Shown in pieces: positions 1 through 10,908 of a stretch of 32,000 bases of DNA. The position numbers and the translations under genes are program-made. The DNA lies in the sequence record OX637807.1; one strand, written 5' to 3'. The notes beneath the pieces are model-generated. The model saw nothing but the letters and a program-made list of their open reading frames with translations. It made no database searches and was not told the origin of the DNA. Numbering within the stretch: position 1 is the first letter of the stretch; every line of letters begins with the position of its first letter.

Positions 1-1
1 A

Positions 2-325
2 GGAAGTGATCTTTCATCTGCTTTATTAAATTTTTGAGATGGTGAAATGTTAAATGATAGTGGTAAATATTATTTTTATATTTATGGTGCTAATAATCAT
101 AATGAAAATAATATTAGCAAAAAATCATTCATAGACAGAGTAAGATGAGTTAATAATAACTATAATAAAATTATTAATTTAGATAAAGATTTAATTTTAT
201 CCTTTTCTATTATTTTTATAAATATATTCTTTATTTATTTTATTAATAATTTAAATATAAAATTTTCATACTTATATAAAAAAAAGTATAAATTAATAAA
301 TATATATGTATCATGATTTAGATAA
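2..325 (+). CDS. hypothetical protein, C-terminal part (ORF open to the left window edge)
   Basis: Frame starting at nt 2 has no TAA/TAG for 107 codons, up to TAA at 323-325, if three in-frame TGA are read as Trp. This is unlikely by chance in such AT-rich DNA. Hydrophobic C-terminal stretch (LILSFSIIFINIFFIYFI). No family recognised. Confidence 0.3.
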
Positions 326-484
326 TAAAATTATAAATATTGAAGAAAAATTAAAATTAGATAATTCAAATAATTTATCTATTATTAATAATGAAACATC
401 TAATATTAATATTAAAAATTTTAATAATAATTCTAATAAAATTATAATTTTTAGTGGATTATTAGTTCTAACTATAATTTATTT

Positions 485-523
485 ATAGAATTATTCGAAT
501 TATAATAATTCGAATAATTCTAT
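485..523. repeat. perfect inverted repeat (hairpin), 17-nt arms
   Basis: atagaattattcgaatt (485-501) is the exact reverse complement of aattcgaataattctat (507-523), with a 5-nt spacer. It lies just downstream of the left-edge ORFs. Confidence 0.6.
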
Positions 524-1150
524 TGTTTTAAATAATAATATAGTAATTAATAATAAAAATTATCAAGTATTTTAACAGAAATACAAGATACTATTGATTC
601 TGGTAAAAAGGTTTTAGATAATTTTAAATAATAAATATTAAATATTAAATATAATATATATACCCCCTTATAGAAAGTTTAAAGAGATAAAATATAAAAT
701 TAAAAAAATATATTATTATATTTTTTTAATAAATTATTATACCATTTATTAGCTTCTGGTGATTAAACAAATTATTAAATATATTTAATAATTTAACTTA
801 TTACATTCCTCTTTTATCCTGTTGTTGCTTAGGTATTATTCTGGATTAAATATTTCACTATATGTGATTAACTTTTAAGTGTTTTAGTTAAAATTAAATA
901 TAATATTATATTTAATTCAGCTAATACATTCTATTTATTATACCCCATATATAATATATAAAAGATAAAATTGTTTTATGTAAATGAACATTCTAATATT
1001 ATATATTAAATATAAAAATTAAGAATGTGAGAAAGAGATATAACATTTTTTTTTTAATATTAATTCTCTTCTTTTGTATTTTAAAAATAAAATTTTAATG
1101 AAACAAATATTTGCCACATTTTCATTTTTTAAAAAATGAAAAAATTTTAA

Positions 1151-1549
1151 AATTCTTTATTTAGAAAAGAGATATTAAAAAATATTGTATTCTCTAATTA
1201 TTTTCCTTCTTTGGAGTATAAAATAAATTGACAATCTTTTGTCTGAAGATTTAAATTATTATGTTGTATTCAATACAAAATAATTATTATTGATTTTAAT
1301 CTAAAACAATCTTACAAATATTTTACTGTTCCACTTCTTCTTGAACAAGATAAAAGTTAAAAATTATCATCAGATAATCCTCTTTATTTAGTATATAAAT
1401 ATACTCCTGAAGAATTCTTCTTAGATAAAGAAAAAGAATTAATTCGAAAAAGCATTAAAAAAGCTTTTGAACGAAATAATGCACCTCATCCAATTTTCAT
1501 ATTTAAAAATTATGAAAGTTGAAATCAAATATCTCTAGCTTTTAGATAG
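1151..1549 (+). pseudogene. unidentified ORF remnant with one in-frame TAA
   Basis: One frame is open from 1151 to TAG at 1547-1549 except for TAA at 1358-1360. In-frame TGA read as Trp. Translation ends ...YKYTPEEFFLDKEKELIRKSIKKAFERNNAPHPIFIFKNYESWNQISLAFR. No family recognised. Confidence 0.2.
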
Positions 1550-1893
1550 AATAATTTTATTTTAGGGGTATACAAGTTTTTAAATTCAAGTTAACAACTA
1601 GATACAAAAAAAGTTATCCCACAAAAGTTCCCCCATTAACCAACATAATTTTTACTATGTATATTTTATTTCATTATTTATTTAATTTAATTATTTATTA
1701 TTAATTATAATTTAATGATGTAGTTCGCTCTTTATTTTAGGATTATTTAATATTTAATTTAATTATTTTATCTATTTTTTTATTTTAATTTTTACTTTAA
1801 TGTAGTAGTTCGGTTTTTTCTACTTTTTTTTAATTAATAATGATCTAGCTGATTCGAACAAGTACTTCATTAATTGACAATTAAGTAAAAATA

Positions 1894-1899
1894 GGGGGG
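1894..1899 (-). promoter_or_regulatory. C6 run (on - strand) 47 nt downstream of the dpo stop; candidate 3' end-processing motif
   Basis: gggggg at 1894-1899 reads ttatataCCCCCCtatttt on the - strand. It is one of very few C/G runs of 5 or more in the window. See the finding on C-run motifs. Confidence 0.3.
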
Positions 1900-1945
1900 T
1901 ATATAATTTTATTAAGATATAAATATTTACGTATTTAATTAAGAT

Positions 1946-4216
1946 TTAAAAAACATATGTTTTTATTAATTTCATAAAATTAATATATAATTTTTTTAAA
2001 ATATTTGATTCAGCTAAGTTAAAATCTGGTAAATCTATAATATGTTTAGGGTAATATTTATTGTTTAACAATATTTTACTATCACTTTTTTTTATATTTA
2101 TAACTCTTTCATCAATAGATAATGATAAAGATTTAAAATTATGTGTAAAAATGTTAGCTGAATTAACTGTTATAGTTTTACCCATAGACATATCTAAAAA
2201 TTGTTCCCAACTTAATAAATTTCTCTTTATACCACTAAAAACTGTTCTGGTATGTAAATTTCCATTCATATCAATAAATTGATAAGCATATTTTTTATTA
2301 CCTAAAAAAATGGCTCTTTCAGCATATTCACAACCATATTTTTTTAATTCATTCTTCATTAAACCTAAACTTTCACCAATGAAATAATTAGGTAAAGGTT
2401 TATTTAAAAAAATTGAATCAGTATCAGTGTAGTAAATTATATAAGTTGGATCTACTTTATATTTAATCATTTAAATTCTTGCATAAGCTGTAACAGCTGC
2501 AGAGATTGCAACCTTAGATTTAACATCTTTATTAGTATTATCATAATTTATAAAAATATTATTTTTAATATTATTTTTATTAAGATGTTTAATTAAATTT
2601 TGATTTAAATTAGTACTAAATAATACTACAAATAAATCATCTTTGATTTTAATAATAGAATTAATAACTCTTGATAATAATAAATTATTTAAAGTAATTT
2701 TATTAACAATTTTTGTGATATTTAAAATTCTAGATCGCCCAAAATAGCCATATAATTGATTTAGGTGCATTTTAGCAATAAATCTTTCACTTACAGTTTT
2801 AGCATATTTTTAAATTTCATAAAAATGTTCTATATATTTGTTAAAAAAAATAGATTTAGTGAAAGGTATACCTTTTAGTAAAGTTACTTTATATCCATAA
2901 GGTATTACAGCTTTTAATTCTTCACTGAAATACACTTCAGTTCAACAACCTGTAGGGAAAATAACTTCACCAAATTCGGTTTTATATGGTAGTAGAGGTA
3001 TTTTAATGTTTTTAGGGCATTCAACTTTCGCTAAACAAAATCCAAAGAAATCATTTAAATTTGTTTTAGACATATCATTAATAAAATTTTCAGGAAGAAA
3101 AGGTAAAGGTTTTCTCATCACATGTGGGTATAAAGAATTAACATCATAATGTTTAAAATTTTCACCATACATTAAATAATGATCAGTAGCACCTCCAAAA
3201 TAACCTTCTCTAATAAAAAAATCTAAATGTTCATTTAAAGTTGGAATTGTTACATTTAAAAATTTAGTTCTAAATATTTTTAAAGATAAAGTTGAGGTAC
3301 TTCAAATGGTAGCAATATCTACACCATAATTTTTAATATAAATGTTTTGTATTTCATATAAAACTTTTAATAAAGCAATAGAATCTTGTTTTCCATAATT
3401 TATAAAAGAATTTAACAATTTAATGTTATTATCTTTAAAAATATTTATATTATTAAATTGTGGATTATATTCAGATAATTTACCTTCCACATTAAATGTT
3501 TTACATAAATTATTTAAAGAAACAGTAAAAATTCTTAATGAATCTTTAAATGTTAAAGATAATGATTTATAAGTTATAGAAATTTGTATAAATTTATGAT
3601 CTTTATCAATAATAGAAGATATTTTATCTGTTTCACAAATATTAACTAATCCTTTAAAAAGAAGGAAACCATCAAAAGAACCTAAATTGTGTGCAAAAAT
3701 GATATAATTTTTGCTTTTATTTAAATTGTTTACTAGAATGTCAAAAAATCTAGTTCATAAATCGATCACAGCTGTAAGTGGATTGATTAATAATTTATTA
3801 TAATTAATTAAAACTTCAAAAGTTGAAATTGATTTATTTTTTGTAAAATAAGCAAAAGTAATTAATACAGGAATCTGTTTATTATTTATATTTATTGTTT
3901 CAATATCGAAACAAAATAAATCTTTTTTCTTATTTTTATTAAAATCTTTTTGTTTTAATTTAGTAAAATCAATACTATTTGATTTAGTATGATAGCTTCT
4001 TTTATTTAAAGCTCGTTTTACTTTTAAACTTTCTTTCACAGTTTTATGTTCAGAGTTTGCTATATTTGAAACATTTCATATTTTTACTTCAATATATTTA
4101 ATATCATCATCTAAATAATTTAAAGTTTTAAAATGTAATATATTTAAATGGCATTGATCTATAAAACCTTCTAAAGATAAAAAGTTATAAAAAAAAATAT
4201 TATTATGAAGATTAAA
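1946..4216 (-). pseudogene. dpo: plasmid-type family B DNA polymerase, near full length, two in-frame TAA
   Basis: Track ORFs 3755-4039, 3302-3490, 2942-3172, 2471-2770 and 1946-2470 all share one - strand frame and join through TGA=Trp at 3755, 3302 and 2942. Motifs: ExoI FCFDIETIN, ExoII FAHNLGSFDG, ExoIII GKQDSIALL, PolA DVNSLYPHVM, PolB KMHLNQLYGYFG, PolC YYTDTDSIF, plus GNKKY. TAA at 2810-2812 and 2471-2473; upstream stop at 4217-4219. Confidence 0.9.
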
Positions 4217-4654
4217 TTATCTTTGATCTGTTATAGCTTTAGATATAATGATTTTATGTTTAGAGTATTCAATAAAAAAAACTATTTTTTATTAAACTAT
4301 AATAAATACCTTTATATAGATCATAATAAGTTAAATTATTTATATTAAAAAAAGTAATAACAATATAAATATCATCTTCATAATTATCAATTTTTTTAAC
4401 TTCTAATTCATAGTTTGATAATATTTTATTATTATTTTTAAAAATATAATATAAAATAATAATTTTTATTTTTAATTTTTAAAAAATTATTAACAAAATT
4501 TCTATGAGTTGACTTTATTCTACTATTAAAAAAATAAGCCTTTTTTGCACTCAAATTTTACTAGCTTCAGGTGGTATATTAAAAATATATAAAAATCCAC
4601 CTATTCCAATTTTTTTTACTTTTTCTAAAAATTTTTCTTCACAAACTAAAAAAA

Positions 4655-6022
4655 ATGAAGAAAAAATGATTAAGTTATTATTTCTATTTAGGTGATAATA
4701 ATTTAATAACACCTAACATTATTTATCTGGCACTTTCAAATTTTTTCAAAGATAAATTGAAAAATTTATCAAATAAAACTTTGATAAAAATTCAATTTAA
4801 AGCTAAAACAATAAATAATCAAATTTATTCTATATCTTATTTTCAAACCATTAATAATACTCATTTTGATTTATTATTAAAAACATTTTTAAAATTTTGA
4901 TCTATTAAAGATAATAAATATGTTATAATCCATTGATCAAATATACTTTTTTCATATAAAATTTTAAGTGAAGATGAAAGTGCATCTATTAAAATAAATG
5001 ATCCTAAAGAATATGAAAAAATTAATAATGAAGTTATATTTTCAGGAATTAATCTTCCTAATACTATGGATTATAGTAAATGAGGAGAAATAATTTTTGA
5101 AACAGATACTTCAGCAATCATTAAAAATTATAATGATTCTTCTTTTTATTATGTAAAAATATTTGAAAATTACTTACTAACAGAAGTAAGAATTGATAAT
5201 AAAACTGAAACAATTTTTAATTTCAAAGATATAATGAACGATAAAGAAAATTTAAGTTCATTTAAAAGATAAATTAAAAATTATGAGTATTTTTATATTG
5301 ATGGAAATATAAAATTGAAAAAGAAAAAATTAATAAAGACATTGTTTTTAACTTCTTTAGATGAAGTTAATTTATCTTCTGAATTATTTATTACAATGGA
5401 TTTGGAAACCAGAGTAATAAATAATGAACATATTCCTTATTGTGTTTCCATTTTTAATGGAAAAATTTCAAAATCTTTTTATTTATCGGATTATAATAAT
5501 TCCGAAGAAATGATAATAGATAGTATTAAAACACTAATGAAAAAAAAATATGATAGATATAAAATATATCTTCATAATTTTTCTTATTTTGATAGTGTTT
5601 TTTATCATTACTATTTTATCTTCCTTAACAAATAGTATTTTGAAACCAATTATTAAAGATGGAAAAATAATTAATTTTCCATTTAAATTTAAAGATGAAA
5701 ATAAGGAATATATTTTTTATTTCAGAGATTCATATTTGTTATTACCAGAATCTTTATTAAATCTTTCTAAATCATTTTATACAGAATCTAAAGGATTATT
5801 TCCATACAATTTTGTAAATAATTCTAAGATTTATCTAGAATATGAAGGAAAAGTTCAAAAAAAAATTTTTTTAATAATATAAGTCAAAAAGAATATAATA
5901 ATTATTGCAAATCTTTTATAAATAGAAAATGAAATTTAAAGAACGAAACAATTAAATATTGTGTAAATGATTGCATAATTTTATATTTTATAATTAAAAA
6001 TTTTTTTTATTATTGAAGATAA
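4655..6022 (+). pseudogene. dpo: plasmid-type family B DNA polymerase, N-terminal/exonuclease half, decayed
   Basis: ATG at 4655. In-frame TAA at 5270-5272. ExoI FITMDLETRV, ExoII YLHNFSYFD. Frameshift at T6 run 5598-5603, then FRDSYLLLPESLLNLSKSF. Second frameshift at A9T7 run 5857-5872, then ExoIII-like YCVNDCIILY. Ends at TAA 6020-6022. No polymerase-domain motifs follow. Confidence 0.8.
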
Positions 6023-6023
6023 T

Positions 6024-6365
6024 TTAATTATTTTCACCCTTAATTTAGGTGATTTTGATGGTTACTTTATCTATAAAGCCATATTAAATATTTATCAAAA
6101 CAATCCAAATTATTTTGAAACAATAATTATTGATAAAAAAATATTTATCCAAATTTCATTAAAAAAAGATTCTCAAATTATATTATTTAAAGATTCAATG
6201 ATAATATTTGATGTAAGTTTAGATGATTTATGTAAATGTAAAACTTTTAATGTTAAAGGAAAATTATACAGTTATAATCCAGATTATAATAAACCTTCAC
6301 TATTTAAAAATGTTGATAAATTAAAAACTTTTATCGAATATGGTTTTTTTACAAGATACTTATAA
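6024..6365 (+). pseudogene. dpo: third dpo fragment (ExoII to pre-ExoIII region only)
   Basis: Open 113-codon frame: FTLNLGDFDGYFIYKAIL...IFIQISLKKDSQIILFKDSMIIFDVSLDDLCKCKTFNVKGKLYSYNPDY. It is collinear with, and by eye clearly similar to, the - strand copy (FAHNLGSFDGFLLFKGLV...KFIQISITYKSLSLTFKDSLRIFTVSLNNLCKTFNVEGKLSEYNPQF). Confidence 0.65.
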
Positions 6366-6903
6366 AACATATTTAATAAAAATAATTTTTTTTTAATTTA
6401 AGATATAAAATTAAAAATAAAGTAAAAATTTTAATTGGGTTTATAATGTTTAAAATAAATCTTTTTATTTTATATTAAAATAACTTAAGATTATTATCAT
6501 TACTATTAATTTATTTTATGAGTTTTTTTTGAAATAAACTTTTTTTAAAGTTATAATAAAATTTTTAATCCTAAATTCAATCTCTTTTCTTTATCTTTAA
6601 TGACTATTAAATTAAGAGTAATGTTAATTTTTTAATAATTAGATAATTTATCCATTTACTTATTAAAAACCTTTATTTTAATATAATTAACTTATTTCTT
6701 TAATATAAGGATATATATAGTATATATACTATATTTTTTATTCCTTTAAGCAACCAAACATAAGCATTTTTATGTTTATAATATGAACTTTAATAATTAT
6801 ATTAAAAATTATATATTAATTAACAAACCTTTAATATAGTTATAGGAAAAATAAGTTCTCTACTTTGGTGTATCTTTTTATAAAATTAAAATAATAACTA
6901 TAA

Positions 6904-7353
6904 ATGAAAAATACTATTAGTGTAAAACAATTTCAGTTTTTTCCTTTTCATCTTGTAACTCCTTCTCCTTGACCTATTTTAGTGAGTTTTTCTCTTTTAA
7001 CTTTGACTACTGGTGCAGTATCCTATATACATGGATATTATTTAGGAGGATATATATTAAGTTTAGGGTTTATTATTACAACTTTAGGTATGTCCTTATG
7101 GCTTAGAGATATTATAACAGAGGGTACATTATTAGGAGACCATACTAAAGAAGTAGTAGTTGGACTTGTTTATGGAATTGTTCTTTTTATTGTTAGCGAA
7201 GTTTTTGCTTTTTTTTCTATATTTTGAGCTTTTTTTCATTCAAGTTTATCCCCTGCAATAGAATTAGGAGGTCAATGACCTCCATTAGGTATAGAACCTT
7301 TAAATCCTTTTGCAATACCTTTACTTAATACTTTGTTACTGTTGTCTTCAGGT
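6904..7353 (+). CDS. cox3: cytochrome c oxidase subunit 3, exon 1
   Basis: ATG at 6904. MKNTISVKQFQFFPFHLVTPSPWPILV...[44 protein letters not shown], with TGA as Trp. The exon ends in T, as expected for a group I 5' splice site. Confidence 0.93.
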
Positions 7354-8049
7354 TTGTGCCTGAAATGTAATTTATTTGATTTTATTTTAATAAGTAATGT
7401 TTTACCTTTTTGTTCTCCTAGAGTACCTTCTCTTAAACGAATAGGTCCTCATAATATTAATATACTTAATATATTAATAGGATCTTTATTAGGAGATGGA
7501 AGTATGGAAAGAGAGGGAAATGGATCACGTTTTGCTTTTTATCAAGAAAAAAGTCATGGAGAATATTTATTATGGCTACATCGTACAATAAGCAGTTTAG
7601 GCTATTGTAAACAAGAAATACCTATCATTAAAACTAGAAAAGGTATAAATGGAGAAATACGTTATTTTTATAGATTTAGAACTTTTACGTATAGTTCGTT
7701 CAATTGAATATACGATGAATTTTATCCTAAACCTTTAGGTCGAAAAGTTATACCTAAAATTATAGATCAATATTTAAGTCCAATGGCTTTAGCTATATGA
7801 ATAATGGATGATGGTACTTTATATAAAAATAAAGGATTAAAATTCTGTACTAATTCCTTTACACTTAAAGAAATTCAATATTTATCTTTTTTACTTAAAA
7901 AAAAATATTCTATTAATTCTTCTATTTATAAAATAACTGCAGTTAATCAATATAATATATATATACCAAAATCTAGTCTTAATATTTTAATTAAAATAGT
8001 TAAGCCTTATATTCATCCTAGTATGTACTATAAATTAAATTTAGTATAA
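7354..8049 (+). CDS. LAGLIDADG homing endonuclease (two motifs), fused in frame to cox3 exon 1
   Basis: Continuous frame from exon 1 through TGA codons to TAA at 8047-8049. Motifs IGSLLGDGSM and LAIWIMDDGT. C-terminal PYIHPSMYYKL is typical of this intron-ORF family. Confidence 0.85.
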
Positions 8050-8580
8050 TATTTTTTCAAATATAAAAATATAAATAAAACAAATAATTATATAGTCCTA
8101 TAAATTAAAAATTAAATTATAAAATTAAAAAAAAATATTTACTATTTTTATTTTATAAAAAATTAAGTTTATAGTTTAGTAAATAATTTATTATTTACTA
8201 TTTTGGCGACATTAGTGAAAACGGTTAACGGAAGTATCTGATTCTAAGACCGTCAGTTTTTTTAAACTAAAAATTGCTACAGACTGGCTCACTAATGGAT
8301 TCCTAAATTAATAAAGGAGTTTAATGTACAGTCGGTTTCTCAAAAAAAAATTTTTTTTTATTAAAATTTAATAATAATAATAAAATTTACTTTTTTCAAA
8401 GGCTTTATATAATATTTTCAATTAAAAAAATATTTTTTAAATTAAAAAAAATTTAAAAATAACTATAAACTATATTAAGTTTATAATTTGAATAAATATA
8501 TATTAATATAAAGTACAAGGGTTATATAATTCAGAAATTTTTTCTATCTTAGAAAATTATATAACTGGAGATTAATTTAG
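7354..8580 (+). mobile_element. group I intron cox3-i1 with in-frame LAGLIDADG ORF
   Basis: The cox3 reading frame resumes at 8581 (ATITFAHHGL). The intron ends in G (8580). A GC-richer structured segment lies at 8210-8340, after the ORF. Confidence 0.75.
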
Positions 8581-8773
8581 GCAACAATAACTTTTGCTCA
8601 TCATGGTTTATTAGCTTCAAAAAGAGGTGCCGCTATATTAGGAACATTATTAACAATAATATTAGCTCTTATTTTCACAGGTTTACAAGCTTTTGAATAT
8701 GCTCAATCTTCTATAACTATAGCTGATAGTGTATACGGTTCAGCTTTTTTTTGTTCTACTGGTCTTCATGGAT
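8581..8773 (+). CDS. cox3: cytochrome c oxidase subunit 3, exon 2
   Basis: ATITFAHHGLLASKRGAAILGTLLTIILALIFTGLQAFEYAQSSITIADSVYGSAFFCSTGLHGL. Boundary placed so the exon ends in T (8773) and the intron ends in G (10493). Confidence 0.9.
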
Positions 8774-10493
8774 TAACGTTAATAGTCCCTACTAAATTTA
8801 TTAATTTCTGTAAAGTTAAGAAAATTCAGTATCTAAGTAAAAAAATAGATAGAATATTAAATTCAAAATCAATTTCTACTGACACTAAAAAAATTTTTAA
8901 AAAAGATAAATTATTAATTAAATTTGTACCTTTTGGAAAAAAAATTAAAACATTTTATTTAGAATCTCAATTTTTAGAATGATTATCAGGTTTTACGGAT
9001 GCTGAAGGCAATTTTAATATAAGTTTACGGAATTTTATTAATGATAAATATAATAATGTAACATTAACTTTTCAAATTGGTCTACATATTGATGATTTAA
9101 ATTTATTGCAATTTATTAAAGAAAAATTAAATTGCGGACATATTTCTATTTCAGGTTCAAGATGTAATTATTTTGTTAATGATCAAACTTCATTAATAAA
9201 TGTTATTTTACCTATTTTTAAATTTGTAAAATTAAATAGTTCCAAATATTATCAGTATCTTACTTTTGAAAAAGCTATTAATTTAATTAAAAATAAAAAA
9301 CATCTTTCTTCAAAAGGCAAATTAGAAATGATAAAATATTATCATGAAATAAAAATTTCTTCCTTAGCTCCTATCTCAAATGGACAAACTAATTTTCCTT
9401 TAACTGTTTATTGGTTAGGAGGATTTATAGATGGAGATGGTTCTTTTTCTATTGGAAATTATGCACCAAGATTTAAGTTTGAAAATCATATTAAAGAATT
9501 AGAATTATTTAAGAGAATTAAAGAATTTTTAAATTTAAGTTCAGCCAATTTAAATATAATACCTCCACGTAAAAATAGAATAAACTCTAGTCCCATGGTA
9601 GTTTTGGAAATAAATAAAATTCACGTTTTAAAAAATATTATTGTACCTCTTTTTTCTAAATTTAATATTTTGCAAAGTAAAAAATTAAAAGATTTTAATG
9701 ATTGGTCTATTTTGGTTAATATTTATTATTTTGGCTATCATTTATTGCCAGAAGGAATATATATAATAAACGAAATTAAAAATCGTTGAAATAATTTTAG
9801 ATTATCTACTTTTGACAAATTGAACAAAAATGAAAAAATTATCACTTTTTCTGCTCTAGAACTTAGTTTTGAAAAAAAATTAAATAATCTTTTTTTATTA
9901 CCTACTCCATACGAAGTAAAAAATGGAGTAAGATTTATAAGAGGTACTAATAATTCAGTATCTGAAAGTTTAAAAATTATTTCCATTGATATTTATAATA
10001 AAAAATCAGTTTTTTCTAGTGTCACTGAATGTAGTAAAGCTTTACATATAGATAGATCAAAAATAAAAAAATGTTTATTAACAGGTGAAAAATATAAGAA
10101 TTATAAAATTATTTTAGGGTAAAATAATTTTTATATTTTATATAATCTACTTATTAATATAAGCTAAATAGTATTATACTATTATTAAGAAAATTTATTA
10201 AATTTAACAGAAAATAGGGTAAATTGCAAGGAGTTCCTTAATTAAAATTATTTTTTAATACTTTTTTAGGATAATTTGCAGCCAAGCATATATTGAATAT
10301 AAAAAAAAATATAAAATATAAAAATAAAATATATATAAATATATGAAGGTTCAACGACTAGTAGGTGAGTATTATATTTACAAAAATCCTACCACGAAAT
10401 CCCTACAATATTATTAAATGTTGAAAATATAGTCTGAACATTAGCGTAAGCTACTGAAGTAATGAATAAAGAGTCATTACGATAACAAAATTG
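8774..10493 (+). mobile_element. group I intron cox3-i2 (IB-like core)
   Basis: Classical core elements lie after the ORF: P-like aaattgcaaggag (10221), Q-like aatttgcagcc (10273), R gttcaacgactagt (10349-10362), S aaaatatagtct (10424-10435). Confidence 0.85.
8776..10122 (+). CDS. LAGLIDADG homing endonuclease (two motifs) with NUMOD1-like C-terminal extension, in frame with cox3 exon 2
   Basis: 449 codons with no TAA/TAG; TGA as Trp joins track ORFs 9106-9789 and 9820-10122. Motifs LSGFTDAEGNF and LGGFIDGDGSF. About 110 extra C-terminal residues end ...VFSSVTECSKALHIDRSKIKKCLLTGEKYKNYKIILG. Confidence 0.85.
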
Positions 10494-10672
10494 TACATGT
10501 GATTGTAGGAACAATATTTATTACAGTAGGTTTTTTTAGAATTATTAATTATCATTTAACTAATACACATCATCAAGGATATGAAGCTGGAATCTATTAT
10601 TGACATTTTGTTGATGTTGTGTGATTATTTTTATTCGTTGCTATATATGTTTGAGGTGGTACCGGTTTATAA
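10494..10672 (+). CDS. cox3: cytochrome c oxidase subunit 3, exon 3
   Basis: (L)[58 protein letters not shown], stop TAA at 10670-10672. The three exons total 822 nt (273 aa). Confidence 0.9.
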
Positions 10673-10884
10673 GATATTTACTTAGATAATATTCGGTTTT
10701 TATTGGAATTTTTGCTTTTTTTTTTCAATTATTAATCCTTTACTATTTAGAAAAATAAGTCAAGTAAAATCAAATCAATCTTTTCTAAATTTTTCAACCC
10801 AAACAAACTGTAAAACTTTAGTAATATAAGGTACTAACCTATATAAGTTACTAACCTAGGTTTAAATATAGGTAAAATATTATA

Positions 10885-10908
10885 TAATTCAAACATATGT
10901 TTGAATTA
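10885..10908. repeat. perfect 24-nt palindrome
   Basis: taattcaaacatatgtttgaatta is its own reverse complement. It lies between the cox3 stop and the decayed endonuclease ORF. Confidence 0.5.

Noticed and set aside
306-488. 60-aa Asn-rich + strand ORF
   Set aside because: It is short and low-complexity, and it overlaps the end of the longer 2-325 frame. A 60-codon open frame can arise by chance in a 32-kb window, so I cannot support it as a gene.
1700-1820. Imperfect direct repeats (tttaatgatgtagttcg and tttaatgtagtagttcg) as plasmid terminal-repeat remnants
   Set aside because: Only about 17 nt with 3 mismatches, in direct rather than inverted orientation. That is not enough to link them to plasmid termini.
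2061-2282. 73-aa + strand ORF in the supplied track
   Set aside because: It lies entirely antisense to the motif-bearing - strand dpo frame (YTDTDS/KKY region). Its composition is typical of an antisense artefact and it has no recognisable motifs.
2471-2812. Programmed read-through or recoding of the two TAA codons in the - strand dpo
   Set aside because: Nothing in the sequence supports recoding: there is no obvious structure and no suppressor tRNA in the window. Simple inactivating substitutions or base-call errors are more parsimonious.
5550-5882. 110-aa + strand ORF as an independent gene
   Set aside because: It contains the FRDSYLLLPESL segment that continues the + strand dpo after a frameshift at a T run, so it is part of the dpo pseudogene.
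9738-9986. 82-aa - strand ORF in the supplied track
   Set aside because: It is antisense to the continuous + strand LAGLIDADG ORF of cox3-i2, so it is most likely a shadow ORF.
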